44,060 bases of DNA from Myxococcota bacterium (GTDB lineage: Bacteria; Myxococcota; UBA727; JAHDBA01). A program made the translations under genes and the position numbers. Shown here piece after piece: positions 8,916 through 19,016 of this stretch. Under the pieces are notes generated by a model. It saw only the letters and a program-made list of their open reading frames with translations, was not told where the DNA came from and searched no databases. The DNA is taken from assembly GCA_020627505.1 (NCBI GenBank), contig JAHDGS010000001.1, forward strand, positions 55,659 to 99,718, read 5' to 3'. Numbering within the stretch: position 1 is the stretch's first letter; each line of letters starts with the position of its first letter.

Positions 8916-10127
8916 TTAATATTCGGAATGAAATGTGTAGCCAGAAGCCTCAAGACCTTTTTTAATATCAGCAATATGTTCTTTCCCGCGCGTTTCGAGC
9001 TCGAGCTCGATACTCACTTTTCCAACTTCAAGATTGGTATAAATACGCTCATGATGGATTTGTTTCACATTCGCACCCAGCTCCGCGATACGACTCAACA
9101 CCTTCGCCAAGGCCCCTGGGCGATCTTCAGCGGTGACCGTTAATACAAATGCACGGCCACTCTCGATCAAACCACGCTCGATAATCTTAGACAATAAATT
9201 CACATCTATATTACCACCACAGTTGAGGGTGACGACCTGACATCCTGACAAACCATCAATTTTTTCCGCGATCAGAGCAGCCATCGCTGCCGCACCAGCA
9301 CCTTCAGCAACGGTTTTTTCCCGCTCAATAAAATATAAGATGCCTCTGGCAATATCATCTTCTGAAACGGTCACGATTTCATCAACATACTGCTCAACAT
9401 GTTTGAGACAATGGTACCCAACACAGCCGACAGCAATTCCCTCTGCAAGGGTTGGATGTGCGTTCACAGTCACAGGCTGCTGATTGGTGAGCGCCATTTT
9501 CATAGACGGCATGACGGCTGCTTCAACCCCGATGATACGGACAGAAGGTTTAAGGGATTTGATCGCACATGCAATGCCAGAGATTAATCCTCCCCCACCG
9601 ACTGGCACAACAACCACATCGAGATTTGGACAGTCTTCAAGCATTTCAAGACCAATTGTCCCCTGTCCCGCGATGATATATTCGTCATCATATGCAGAAA
9701 TGAAAATCGCGTTCCGTTTGGCAACCAGGTGTTTGGCATGGTCGACCGCTTCTTGAAATGAGGCGCCATGTAGGACCGTATTTGCACCGTATTGTGCGGT
9801 TGCAGTGACTTTTATGAGCGGTGTGGCTTCCGGCATCACGATTGTTGCATCAATACCAAGCCGCTTTGCATGATAGGCGACACCTTGCGCGTGATTACCT
9901 GCAGAAGCAGCGATAACACCGGCACGCCGTTCATCATCAGACAGCATCAACAATTTATTCAGTGCGCCACGGGCCTTGAACGATCCTGTTAATTGAAAAT
10001 TTTCATGTTTGACCCAAACATCATAATCTCTCAAATCAGAAATGGTTTGACTCTTTTTGAGCGGTGTTCGAAGCACCTGCCCACGAATTCGTTCTTCAGC
10101 TTTTTGTATATCTTCGAGTGAAATCAT
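8916..10127 (-). CDS. ilvA: Threonine dehydratase (PLP) with C-terminal ACT domain
   Basis: KHENFQLTGSFKARGA, SAGNHAQG, PVGGGGLISG, GGNID, ACT EDRPGAL. Confidence 0.95.
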   Translation of the reverse strand: MISLEDIQKAEERIRGQVLRTPLKKSQTISDLRDYDVWVKHENFQLTGSFKARGALNKLLMLSDDERRAGVIAASAGNHAQGVAYHAKRLGIDATIVMPEATPLIKVTATAQYGANTVLHGASFQEAVDHAKHLVAKRNAIFISAYDDEYIIAGQGTIGLEMLEDCPNLDVVVVPVGGGGLISGIACAIKSLKPSVRIIGVEAAVMPSMKMALTNQQPVTVNAHPTLAEGIAVGCVGYHCLKHVEQYVDEIVTVSEDDIARGILYFIEREKTVAEGAGAAAMAALIAEKIDGLSGCQVVTLNCGGNIDVNLLSKIIERGLIESGRAFVLTVTAEDRPGALAKVLSRIAELGANVKQIHHERIYTNLEVGKVSIELELETRGKEHIADIKKGLEASGYTFHSEY

Positions 10128-10185
10128 ATTCGCCTAAAGGTTAAAAATTGGGACACCGTCATATTCTCAAGTAACATATCGCAGA

Positions 10186-10779
10186 ATGTCTTATGCACGT
10201 AGCTCAAAATCAAGAAATCGATGGCGACTCTTTAAAGAGTTTGTCATCGGCGGTACGATATTTTTGGCCGTGTCTGCCTCCGCTTTTTTGCTCGCATCAG
10301 GTTTAATGTATCCCCCGATATCAGCGCCTTCAGCGCAGGTTCTTTCACCTTCAACATCGAGTTGCCAACGACCACACACACACACTGAGAGGCTCGATTT
10401 TAGTGAACAAGTCGATTTATATCACCAATGCCTCGCAGATCATTCGATGTCTTGGACACTCATCCGGCTCAAAGCAGCCACAGCTATCTCCAAAGAAAAT
10501 GATATGTTTTTTCAACGTCATCGATATCAACAGTTGATCGTGCAAGACCTCAAACGAGCGGCACATCACGCACAGCGTATAAACGACCACGAGCTTGCGC
10601 TTTTTACTGCGCTCACCGCATATCGTCTTGGAGAACAAACAATCACGCAAGCGCTTTTAGAGCATTTTGCCAAATTGACGCCCCAATATTTACATCAATG
10701 GCAACATCTTAGGTTGTTACTCGAAAGTGCGATTGTCTATCAGCGTCAAGTGGCATCCACGCCGCTGCTTTTGCACTAA
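10186..10779 (+). CDS. Hypothetical membrane-anchored helical protein
   Basis: 197-aa ORF with N-terminal TM segment filling the ilvA-tsaD gap; overlaps tsaD 3' end by 71 nt. Confidence 0.65.
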   Translation: MSYARSSKSRNRWRLFKEFVIGGTIFLAVSASAFLLASGLMYPPISAPSAQVLSPSTSSCQRPHTHTERLDFSEQVDLYHQCLADHSMSWTLIRLKAATAISKENDMFFQRHRYQQLIVQDLKRAAHHAQRINDHELALFTALTAYRLGEQTITQALLEHFAKLTPQYLHQWQHLRLLLESAIVYQRQVASTPLLLH

Positions 10780-11791
10780 GCTGCCCCCGATATCCCCGTC
10801 GATAGTATGCATGAGCCGCCAAACCAATCATCGCAGCATTATCAGTGATGAATCCAGGCTGAGGGAGCTTAAGCATAATTCCTTTCTTCTGAGCGAGTTG
10901 TTGCATTTCGTGACGCAAACGTCGGTTCGCGACAACACCACCACCCAGCACAAGTGTTTGTCTTTTCGTTTGCTTCAGGGCATTTTTGGTCTTGAGAATA
11001 AGGGCATCAACAATACGCTTCTCAAGTGAAGCCGCGATATCACACGCCAGTTGATAATCAAGCTCACCTTTCTGTGACACATGTTTTTCAATTGCTAAAC
11101 GAACTGCATTTTTCAGTCCGGAAAAAGAGAATTCAAGATTGTTTTTTTGGCGGAGGCCAATCGGAAAGTCAAAACGATTGGCATCTCCATGTTCAGCCAA
11201 TTGGCTAATACGTACACCACCGGGGTATCCAAGTCCCATCAATTTCGCACTTTTATCAAATGCTTCTCCGGCAGCGTCATCTCGCGTTTCACCTAAAATT
11301 TCAATATCTCCGATACCACGATAATCATATAGCGCGGTATGCCCACCAGAAACAATCAGTGCGAGAAAAGGTGGTCCATCCCATGCTCTCGCTCGTTGTC
11401 CATTTCGATCAACACAAGCCGCCCACAGATGCCCTTCTAAGTGGTGAACTGGTAAGAAATCACAGCCCAAAGAGATCGCGAGTCCTTTTGCATAGCCACT
11501 ACCTACAAGCAGGGGGCCAATCAGTCCTGGCCCGATTGTCGATGCGACACAGCAGATATTTTGAAAGGAAATGCCAGCTTGTACGATAGCTTCATGTGCA
11601 ACCTCAGGTACATGATGGATGTGGTGACGCGATGCAACTTCTGGCACAACGCCACCAAACTCAGCATGAATATCGATTTGAGAGTGAATGACATTTGATA
11701 ATACATGGCCATCAGCCGAAATCACAGCTGCTGCACTTTCATCACAACTCGATTCGATCGCTAAAATACATCCTGACATATTTGAAGCCAT
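10709..11791 (-). CDS. tsaD: tRNA N6-adenosine threonylcarbamoyltransferase
   Basis: ILAIESSCDE, GGVVPEVASR.H, HHLEGH, SGGHT, DDAAGEAFDK, TDNAAMI; start may be 11779-11806. Confidence 0.98.
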   Translation of the reverse strand: MASNMSGCILAIESSCDESAAAVISADGHVLSNVIHSQIDIHAEFGGVVPEVASRHHIHHVPEVAHEAIVQAGISFQNICCVASTIGPGLIGPLLVGSGYAKGLAISLGCDFLPVHHLEGHLWAACVDRNGQRARAWDGPPFLALIVSGGHTALYDYRGIGDIEILGETRDDAAGEAFDKSAKLMGLGYPGGVRISQLAEHGDANRFDFPIGLRQKNNLEFSFSGLKNAVRLAIEKHVSQKGELDYQLACDIAASLEKRIVDALILKTKNALKQTKRQTLVLGGGVVANRRLRHEMQQLAQKKGIMLKLPQPGFITDNAAMIGLAAHAYYRRGYRGQLSAKAAAWMPLDADRQSHFRVTT

Positions 11792-11892
11792 AGATTGACC
11801 TACCATTCTTATGTGAGAGGTAAAATGTCATTTTCTTGATTTGCTTCACAATTTGGTTGAGCGCATAATCATTGTAATTTAGACTTGTATAT

Positions 11893-12948
11893 ATGGTGAT
11901 TCCCAACCGGCTAAATTGTACACTTTTCATAGGTTTATCCCTACTTTTAACCAGTTATCCCCTTTTGGCAGAGGAAGCGCAGAAAAAGACGATCATCATT
12001 CGTGAGCCTGCTCCAGCTACAACAACACAAATAGAACCGCCTTCTCAAACCACGAAAAGCGAAACACTGCAAAAAAACAACCAAGACGAAGACGTACGAC
12101 GTTTTGAGCACGTCGAACTTCCAGCTCGAAAGATTCCACCAGAGCAGTCTGATATCGATAATGCCTGCAAATATTATGATGCTATTAACGATTGGCGATG
12201 TGAACAAAGTGCACTGAAACATTTTTATATTAATGAGCAAATTGAAGTTGAGTTTAAAGGAATTGAAGCGCCAAGCCTTGAGATCAAACGTCATCAACAA
12301 GCAGCTGGAAATGACTGCGTCATCGGCTTAAATATTCAATTTAAGGCATCGCAAAACATTCTTATTAATTGGCTTGAAACAAGTCTACTCGAAAATGGTA
12401 TCGCGAAGGGAGTTCGCCCAGATTTTTTACCTGAAGCATTTGATGTCCAGCAAGCTCGACCAACGACAGTTGAGGCTGGTGCGCTTGTGAAAGCGACACT
12501 GATTCCGAACCATGAAACATGTTTGGCACCACTAACACTTGAACATGGTGTCTCTTCTCATGAGACCCGTATCACCTTACCTTTTACAATGGGGGATGAA
12601 AAAGGGTTTATTCGTTGGACACGGACTTTAAGCACGGAAGAGGCATATGAACTCGAAGCCTTACGGATGCGCTCTCCACCGATTAAGCCTGCTTCGTTCT
12701 ACCCATGGCGCAGTTTAACTGGTCTTGGGCTCGTGGTTGTCAGTGGCGCCCTAATTGGTGTGCCAGCACTGATCAATGGTATTGAAAGTGGCGATACTGG
12801 TTTTGTTGCAGCGGGCGCTGTTTTAGGTGTTGGGGGGCTCGCCTTACTTGGTTATGGTGTTTATAAAGAAGTCCCTGAGTATCGAATTTTCAGAGAAAAA
12901 ATGGACCGTTACGAGACTTATCAGGACAAAATTCTACTTCAAGAGTAA
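11893..12948 (+). CDS. Hypothetical exported protein with C-terminal Gly-rich hydrophobic helices
   Basis: Signal peptide ending LLA; two hydrophobic segments near the C-terminus. Confidence 0.8.
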   Translation: MVIPNRLNCTLFIGLSLLLTSYPLLAEEAQKKTIIIREPAPATTTQIEPPSQTTKSETLQKNNQDEDVRRFEHVELPARKIPPEQSDIDNACKYYDAINDWRCEQSALKHFYINEQIEVEFKGIEAPSLEIKRHQQAAGNDCVIGLNIQFKASQNILINWLETSLLENGIAKGVRPDFLPEAFDVQQARPTTVEAGALVKATLIPNHETCLAPLTLEHGVSSHETRITLPFTMGDEKGFIRWTRTLSTEEAYELEALRMRSPPIKPASFYPWRSLTGLGLVVVSGALIGVPALINGIESGDTGFVAAGAVLGVGGLALLGYGVYKEVPEYRIFREKMDRYETYQDKILLQE

Positions 12949-13070
12949 GTTCAAAACACACCTATCTAGATATGTACACCTGTCTCAATATTAAGCACAG
13001 CTGGTCAAAACTTTGGAAAACATTCTAAATATTCGTAGATTCATCATTCAACGTCTCGAAACGGTGATTT

Positions 13071-14255
13071 ATGAAAAACGTGCTCATTTATGCCATATTC
13101 TTTTATTTATTCGTTAATACAGCTTGCCTCGGAAACCCTTCATATAAGATAGAAGGTCAAAGCGAAGATCGTATTACGCTCGAGGACGCACAAGACGAAC
13201 CAGAAAATAACATCGATGAAGCTCAAAATGCCTCGACCATTTTCAATATTCAAGCAGGAGAAGAAACAGAGACGCAAATTCCTGCTGCGTGCGATGGCTT
13301 TCGTGAAAATCAAGAAATTATCGCTTGCGTGGATACATTCCCAACGACCATCTCTGGGGACACAAATCGAGGACAATCCGTTTTTGATAAATATGCCTGT
13401 GCAGACGATATTGATGAATCAGGTCCTGAACAGATCATTCGTGTTGAGCTCAATACACCGAGTTACCTGTTTGTATCTCTCAAAGACCCAACGGATGATG
13501 AAGTCGATGTCGATCTACATATTTTGAGTGATCTATCAAATGACGGCTGCCTCGATCGCGGGCATCTTGATGCTGGAGATTTTTTGCCCGCAGGAACCTA
13601 TTATATTGTTGTTGACTCCTGGGTTGATGCCGAACAATATATCCATGCAGGTGCCTATACACTTGACGTCCATCAACTCAGCCTCGACGCCATGCGACAA
13701 GCAGGTTTGTCTGATACGTTGTCAGAGGATACATTGACAGCTTTCGCACGTGCGCGGAAAACACATGATGTCTCCGGAACGACTTTTGCAGTTGTTGATT
13801 TCTCTCGACCGGCAAGTGACACACGGTTTTTTCTATTTGATATTGCGTCTCGCGGTTTGTTGTTTCGCGAACAAACATCTCATGGTTTAGAAAGCGCGAC
13901 ATCAGCAGATGCAGCGATCGCGAATTATTTTGATAATCAACCCGCCAGTGATGCTTCATCACTTGGGGTTGCCATGGTTGGTGATTCTCTATCGTCTGAG
14001 CATGTCGAACTTGTGGGACTTGAACCCAGTCTGAATTCGGCCTTGCAAGAACGTGGCACGACACTACGCCAATTTTCAGCTCTTGAAGCCGATTTCATTG
14101 AACGCTCAGGTTTTACCCAGCCAACACAAGCTGGAGATATCGGTCTAGCACCTGATGTGTATGAGGCTGTTATTGATGAAATGCCTTTCGGTAGCTTTGT
14201 CTTATTCAGCCACCATGAGATCGATTGGAAGAATCATTCTATCTACTTCGAATAA
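13071..14255 (+). CDS. Lipoprotein: PPC-like beta domain plus degenerate YkuD_2 L,D-transpeptidase domain
   Basis: TAC lipobox; DVDLHIL..PAGTYYIVVD; VVDFSRP...RFFLFD...SHG..S...F.N.P.S..SSLG...L.GLE; catalytic His/Cys not present. Confidence 0.8.
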   Translation: MKNVLIYAIFFYLFVNTACLGNPSYKIEGQSEDRITLEDAQDEPENNIDEAQNASTIFNIQAGEETETQIPAACDGFRENQEIIACVDTFPTTISGDTNRGQSVFDKYACADDIDESGPEQIIRVELNTPSYLFVSLKDPTDDEVDVDLHILSDLSNDGCLDRGHLDAGDFLPAGTYYIVVDSWVDAEQYIHAGAYTLDVHQLSLDAMRQAGLSDTLSEDTLTAFARARKTHDVSGTTFAVVDFSRPASDTRFFLFDIASRGLLFREQTSHGLESATSADAAIANYFDNQPASDASSLGVAMVGDSLSSEHVELVGLEPSLNSALQERGTTLRQFSALEADFIERSGFTQPTQAGDIGLAPDVYEAVIDEMPFGSFVLFSHHEIDWKNHSIYFE

Positions 14256-14337
14256 TCTGTCTCAATCCTCGAAATGCTTGAACATTTGCTTGACGAAACT
14301 GTTGTGTATTCGATAAAGAATAGCATCGGAGGCCGCC

Positions 14338-15063
14338 ATGAATCAGCAAGAAAATCGAAACGATATGCCACGAATCGATATGCAATTGCGTGTGAGATAT
14401 AATACCCCAGAAAGCTCTGGAGAAGGTATTGCAACTGATATTAGTCCACGTGGCCTACGTCTAGTGAGTGACGCTGAACTACAAGAAGGCCAAAGCTGTG
14501 ATATCATCATTGATTCTGGTGATGCCGAAGATGGTGAACTCTCCAATCAAGCGCAAGTCACATGGTGTCGATCTCGACTCAGCCCTTCGGGACAATCTAA
14601 ATATGATATCGGACTCCACTTAAACGGAACGTGGTTTCAGAACAAGCGTGGCCGACTTGCTAACGCGCTCGCACATATTTTCGCATTGAATAAAGTTGAG
14701 CCTGCACGTCAATACGAGCGTACAAAAGTTTCTTTTGAGGCAGAAAATAAAAATAATCCGACTGAAATACTTCATATTGCCGACCTTTCTGTGGGTGGGA
14801 TGAAAATCGAGGCGCCACAAGCGTTTTCAACGAAACCTGAACGCGGTCAACAAGTCGTTGTTCTCTTCGTTGTTGACGATAACTCATATTCTTTGGATGG
14901 CCATATCGCATGGACGAAGCAGAAAGACCCAATGATACCTGATAGTGTCGATGCACTGGGTATTTGTTTTACCGATGCAGGCCGTACAGAAACAGAACTC
15001 CTTGAAATGATGGCACGTGGTGAATGTGAGCCAACCCATCTTCAAATAGACTACACTGTATGA
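14338..15063 (+). CDS. Tandem PilZ-domain c-di-GMP-binding protein
   Basis: Two RxxxR + DxSxxG sets (RNDMPR/DISPRG; RQYER/DLSVGG); GGAGG RBS. Confidence 0.88.
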   Translation: MNQQENRNDMPRIDMQLRVRYNTPESSGEGIATDISPRGLRLVSDAELQEGQSCDIIIDSGDAEDGELSNQAQVTWCRSRLSPSGQSKYDIGLHLNGTWFQNKRGRLANALAHIFALNKVEPARQYERTKVSFEAENKNNPTEILHIADLSVGGMKIEAPQAFSTKPERGQQVVVLFVVDDNSYSLDGHIAWTKQKDPMIPDSVDALGICFTDAGRTETELLEMMARGECEPTHLQIDYTV

Positions 15064-16079
15064 GTGTTTCACAAGACCGGTTGCGAGACCGTGTTTTAGA
15101 GCTGTGCGCAATCGATGCAACGACTGGCCAGGAAGCGGACTCATGTGCATTCTTATATGATGATTTGAAACAACACTTCGAACATGTAGAAACACTGCAG
15201 GTTGGAGATACGCCAGGTCGCTATAATATTTTAGCCTATGATGAAAAGCCGCGTATTTTGCTGACATCTCATATCGATACCGTTCCTCCTTTTATTCCAC
15301 CGCGTTTTGAAGATGGTATACTTCATGGTCGTGGTGTTTGTGATGCAAAGGGCATCGTGATTTGTATGATTGAAGCCGCCCTTATACTCAAATCACAAGG
15401 GCATCACGATGTGGGACTTTTATTTGTTGTTGGAGAAGAAACCAATAGTGATGGTGCCAAGGCAGCAGCTCAGGGCTTCGCGCCAAAAGTTGACTTTTTT
15501 ATCAACGGTGAACCGACTGAATTGAAAATGGGATCGTCAATGAAAGGCGTCTGCGCTTTTAAGCTCAGTGTCCAAGGTATTGCAGGTCATTCTGCTTATC
15601 CAGAAATCGGCCGTTCGGCGACGCATCAACTTGTTGCAGATCTCGCACGTCTCAAAGAACATCCATGGCCGAACCATATCGAATTTGGTCAGACCACATT
15701 GAATATCGGTTCGATGCAAGGTGGTGTCGCGGGTAATGTGATTGCCCCACATGCTGAGGCGCATATTGTGGTCCGAACAACAATTGCTGTTGAAGAAATT
15801 GAACAACAGATACGTCAGTGTATTCATCCTGATACTCATATTGAGTTTCTAACAGCTTCATCGCCAATGCGTCTTCATACTGTCTCCCCCTTTCCACAGA
15901 CAATTGTGAGCTTTGGATCAGATATCCCGCATTTGCGTGAACTCGGAACAGCTATTTTATATGGCCCAGGCTCAATTTTAGATGCTCACACTGACCATGA
16001 GCACGTCCGTCTTGATGATTTGGTGCAAGCGACGCAAACCTATATCGATTTGGTAGATTTATTGCCCAAGCTCAGCTAA
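15060..16079 (+). CDS. M20-family metallo-deacylase (ArgE/DapE-like)
   Basis: SHIDTV, GRGVCDAKG, GEE, GEPT, GHSAYP, AHTDHE; adjacent to dapD. Confidence 0.92.
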   Translation: MSVSQDRLRDRVLELCAIDATTGQEADSCAFLYDDLKQHFEHVETLQVGDTPGRYNILAYDEKPRILLTSHIDTVPPFIPPRFEDGILHGRGVCDAKGIVICMIEAALILKSQGHHDVGLLFVVGEETNSDGAKAAAQGFAPKVDFFINGEPTELKMGSSMKGVCAFKLSVQGIAGHSAYPEIGRSATHQLVADLARLKEHPWPNHIEFGQTTLNIGSMQGGVAGNVIAPHAEAHIVVRTTIAVEEIEQQIRQCIHPDTHIEFLTASSPMRLHTVSPFPQTIVSFGSDIPHLRELGTAILYGPGSILDAHTDHEHVRLDDLVQATQTYIDLVDLLPKLS

Positions 16080-16087
16080 AAGAAGCT

Positions 16088-16942
16088 ATGTCTATTACAT
16101 CACAATATGAACAGCTTCTCGAGGAGATCTCTGCGCTTTATCAATCAAATTCACTTGAGGCAAATGCAGTGACACTCGGCTTGTTTGAAACCTTCTTAGC
16201 GGCAATGGAACGTGGACATATACGTACAGCTTCTCGGGATGAAGCGGGCCGTTGGTCTGTTGAGCCACGTATCAAGCAGGGTATCTTGGTCGGATTTCGA
16301 CTCGGGCAATTAACCCCTTTTGGTTCGCCCCCCCTCCAATTCTTCGAAAAAGACACATATCCATCAAGAACCTTTACTGCGAACGATGGTGTTCGTGTCG
16401 TTCCCGGCGGAACCAGTGTGCGTCGAGGTGCTTACTGCGCCAAGGGTGTCATCTTGATGGCACCATCTTATGTCAATGTCGGTGCCTATATTGACCACGG
16501 TACCTTGATCGATTCAAATGCGCTTGTCGGTAGCTGTGCACAAATTGGTCAACGTGTGCATATCTCAGCAGGTGTGCAAATTGGTGGGGTTATCGAGCCT
16601 ATTGGGGCACAGCCAGTGATTGTCGAGGATGATGTCCTCGTCGGTGGTCAAAGCGGAATTTTTGAGGGTACGATCGTTCGAAAAGGTGCAGTGATTGGCG
16701 CAGGGACGATTTTGACCAAGAGCACAAAAGTTTATGACCTTGTTAATGATACGATTATTCATGCATCGGCGGAGCATGCGCTTGAAATTCCAGCAAATGC
16801 CGTCATCGTACCCGGTAGCCGAGCTGTTCGCGGTGATTTTGCAAGTACACATGGGCTTCATATTCAAACACCACTCTTGATTAAATACAGAGACGAAAAA
16901 ACAGATGCACAAACCGCATTGGAAGACGTTCTCAGAATATAG
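16088..16942 (+). CDS. dapD: Tetrahydrodipicolinate N-succinyltransferase
   Basis: KQGILVGFR, RVVPGG..VRRGAY, VGSCAQIG.RVHISAGVQIGGVIEP, KYRDEKT. Confidence 0.96.
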   Translation: MSITSQYEQLLEEISALYQSNSLEANAVTLGLFETFLAAMERGHIRTASRDEAGRWSVEPRIKQGILVGFRLGQLTPFGSPPLQFFEKDTYPSRTFTANDGVRVVPGGTSVRRGAYCAKGVILMAPSYVNVGAYIDHGTLIDSNALVGSCAQIGQRVHISAGVQIGGVIEPIGAQPVIVEDDVLVGGQSGIFEGTIVRKGAVIGAGTILTKSTKVYDLVNDTIIHASAEHALEIPANAVIVPGSRAVRGDFASTHGLHIQTPLLIKYRDEKTDAQTALEDVLRI

Positions 16943-16945
16943 TTT

Positions 16946-18103
16946 ATGCGTTTTCAACGATTCATCTACGGCATCACAGTTCTAACCCTAATCGTTCTTT
17001 TGATATCAGATGCGAGCCGTGCAACTACCGACACCTGTGAGCCACCTCGAAGCATGCTCCCTGTTGGTACGCAGCTATATGCGCTTAATTACCCTCTACG
17101 CTCGCCTATCGAACCGACCACTGAAGAGATTTGTATACAGATTGTAGCGGAACAAGATGGCATCGAATTGATTCTCACACCCGATAATCTTCTATTCTAT
17201 CGACCCGCTCAGTCGAAACAAATGGAACCTCAGGAGCAGACAGAAGCATCTTCTTCTTCTTGGGCCGTTCGAAATCAAGCTTCACCATCAAATATATTTC
17301 AACCTGAAATAGCTGAACCGAGTCCAGTCTTGCCGCAATCATCTTCGATGACGCATCTTGTGTTTGGCGTAGGACTGCGTACCGATATCGTCGCAACAGA
17401 TGCACAGGGCATCAGCGCGCCAACCGTATCATCGATCAGTCCATTTGCATTATCGGCACAAGTCATTCCTGCGAAGGTCAACGGATTTGCACAGATTCGA
17501 TACGTCTTTATTCCTTCAACTGAGGGCCTTCAACTCAATCACCATATGTTGTCATTGATTGGCGGCTATCACATTCACATTCGTGATATAGCGAAAACAC
17601 AATTGGCGATGAGCCCAACATATGAACTTCAAGGTGCTTTGACGAGCCAAACAGCTTCACGTCGACTGATCACTAAATCGATGTTAAGATTGCCGTTTTC
17701 AGTTCATCAGTTTTCTCAGAATCGCCTTTCTAAGCTTGATTTTTTGATAGGCCCTTCGCTCTCTCTTGAGCACCCAAATGTCGCACGCCAATATGAAGAT
17801 GCTGTTGCTGCAGGAACAATTCAGCCACTTCGTCAAGATATCCGCGCAGGAGATGGATTCACGAGTACATCGACAGCACCAGTTCTTTCTTCGCGCAATC
17901 TACTATTGGCACCAGGTATATACACCCAGCTTTCACTGACAAAATATCTCGAACAAACATCGCTGATCAAAGCCATTGGTTTTTCATTTGAGCTGATGCA
18001 TAGTTGGCAACCAGGTCCTGGTCTGCGCGGAGAACTCGCTTTTGCTGATGCATCCGATACACGTTTTATCGCGGAGATCACGACCCTCTATACTTTTGAA
18101 TAG
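16946..18103 (+). CDS. Hypothetical exported protein, possibly an outer-membrane beta protein
   Basis: Signal peptide; alternating beta-strand pattern; aromatic C-terminus (LYTFE). Confidence 0.7.
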   Translation: MRFQRFIYGITVLTLIVLLISDASRATTDTCEPPRSMLPVGTQLYALNYPLRSPIEPTTEEICIQIVAEQDGIELILTPDNLLFYRPAQSKQMEPQEQTEASSSSWAVRNQASPSNIFQPEIAEPSPVLPQSSSMTHLVFGVGLRTDIVATDAQGISAPTVSSISPFALSAQVIPAKVNGFAQIRYVFIPSTEGLQLNHHMLSLIGGYHIHIRDIAKTQLAMSPTYELQGALTSQTASRRLITKSMLRLPFSVHQFSQNRLSKLDFLIGPSLSLEHPNVARQYEDAVAAGTIQPLRQDIRAGDGFTSTSTAPVLSSRNLLLAPGIYTQLSLTKYLEQTSLIKAIGFSFELMHSWQPGPGLRGELAFADASDTRFIAEITTLYTFE

Positions 18104-18157
18104 CCTGAGTATTTTAGAATTGGCATTTGGGGATGTGCTGGGCTAAATTCAATATAT

Positions 18158-18658
18158 ATGCGTCTTCTTATCTCTTTTTTAAGCATATCAAGTATGTTGT
18201 TCTTGGTGAGTTGTTCAACAGAATCAACGTTTGTCGAAAACTATTGCTCCCGTGCTGCGCAATGTGTTGAAGTCAGCTCGGAAACAGGTCTACCTATCGA
18301 TGGTGTAGGACGATCACTTGATTCCATCGATGTCTGTGCTGTCGAGCAACATGGCTATATCGATTCTTTATACGCCATGGACTTAAAATCATGTCATATT
18401 GTAGCATCAGCCTACGAAGCTTATTTGCAATGTGTGGCAAACTCTCTCACCGATATCGATCCCTGTGCACCTTGGAAAGCTGAAAACGATCATCCGTGTG
18501 TTACAGCATTTGAAACTTATCGCCATCTCGCAGGTGGCGATACCGATACAACTTACGCACAATATTGTCCCCGTTTAGGCAAAGACACATTATCGGAACC
18601 AACACCTGGTAGTGGCTTTAGCGACTTTATCCCGCAGCAAGGAGACGGCGATGCATAA
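18158..18658 (+). CDS. Cys-rich helical lipoprotein
   Basis: LVSC lipobox; ENYCSRAAQC, AYEAYLQCV. Confidence 0.82.
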   Translation: MRLLISFLSISSMLFLVSCSTESTFVENYCSRAAQCVEVSSETGLPIDGVGRSLDSIDVCAVEQHGYIDSLYAMDLKSCHIVASAYEAYLQCVANSLTDIDPCAPWKAENDHPCVTAFETYRHLAGGDTDTTYAQYCPRLGKDTLSEPTPGSGFSDFIPQQGDGDA

Positions 18659-19016
18659 AAATGTACGACGAAAATTTATTGCTGTATCAATCTTCTTGCT
18701 CTTGTCCGGCGCCTGCCAAAATCAGCAGAGTCTGCTTGAAAATGTATGCTCTCATCTCGCGTTTTGTGCGCTAACGGGCGGACAAGATATTCAAGCTAGT
18801 TGTGTCACAACACTTCAAGCAGAGCTTGATGCCGACCGTGCAAATACCGAGCAAGTTTGCCAAGATATTGCAGTATTTAAGGAACAATATCTAACATGTG
18901 TTTCGTTCGCAGATTGCACCGCTTTAAACAATGGTGTTGCTTGTCAAAATGAATGGGCGCAGGTTAGCCAAGTTTTGACAAATGTCGCCAACGGTCAATG
19001 TGCTGCCAGTCAATAG
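18651..19016 (+). CDS. Cys-rich helical lipoprotein, paralog of the previous gene
   Basis: AAGGAG RBS before ATG 18651; SGAC lipobox; ENVCSHLAFC, FKEQYLTCV. Confidence 0.82.
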   Translation: MHKNVRRKFIAVSIFLLLSGACQNQQSLLENVCSHLAFCALTGGQDIQASCVTTLQAELDADRANTEQVCQDIAVFKEQYLTCVSFADCTALNNGVACQNEWAQVSQVLTNVANGQCAASQ

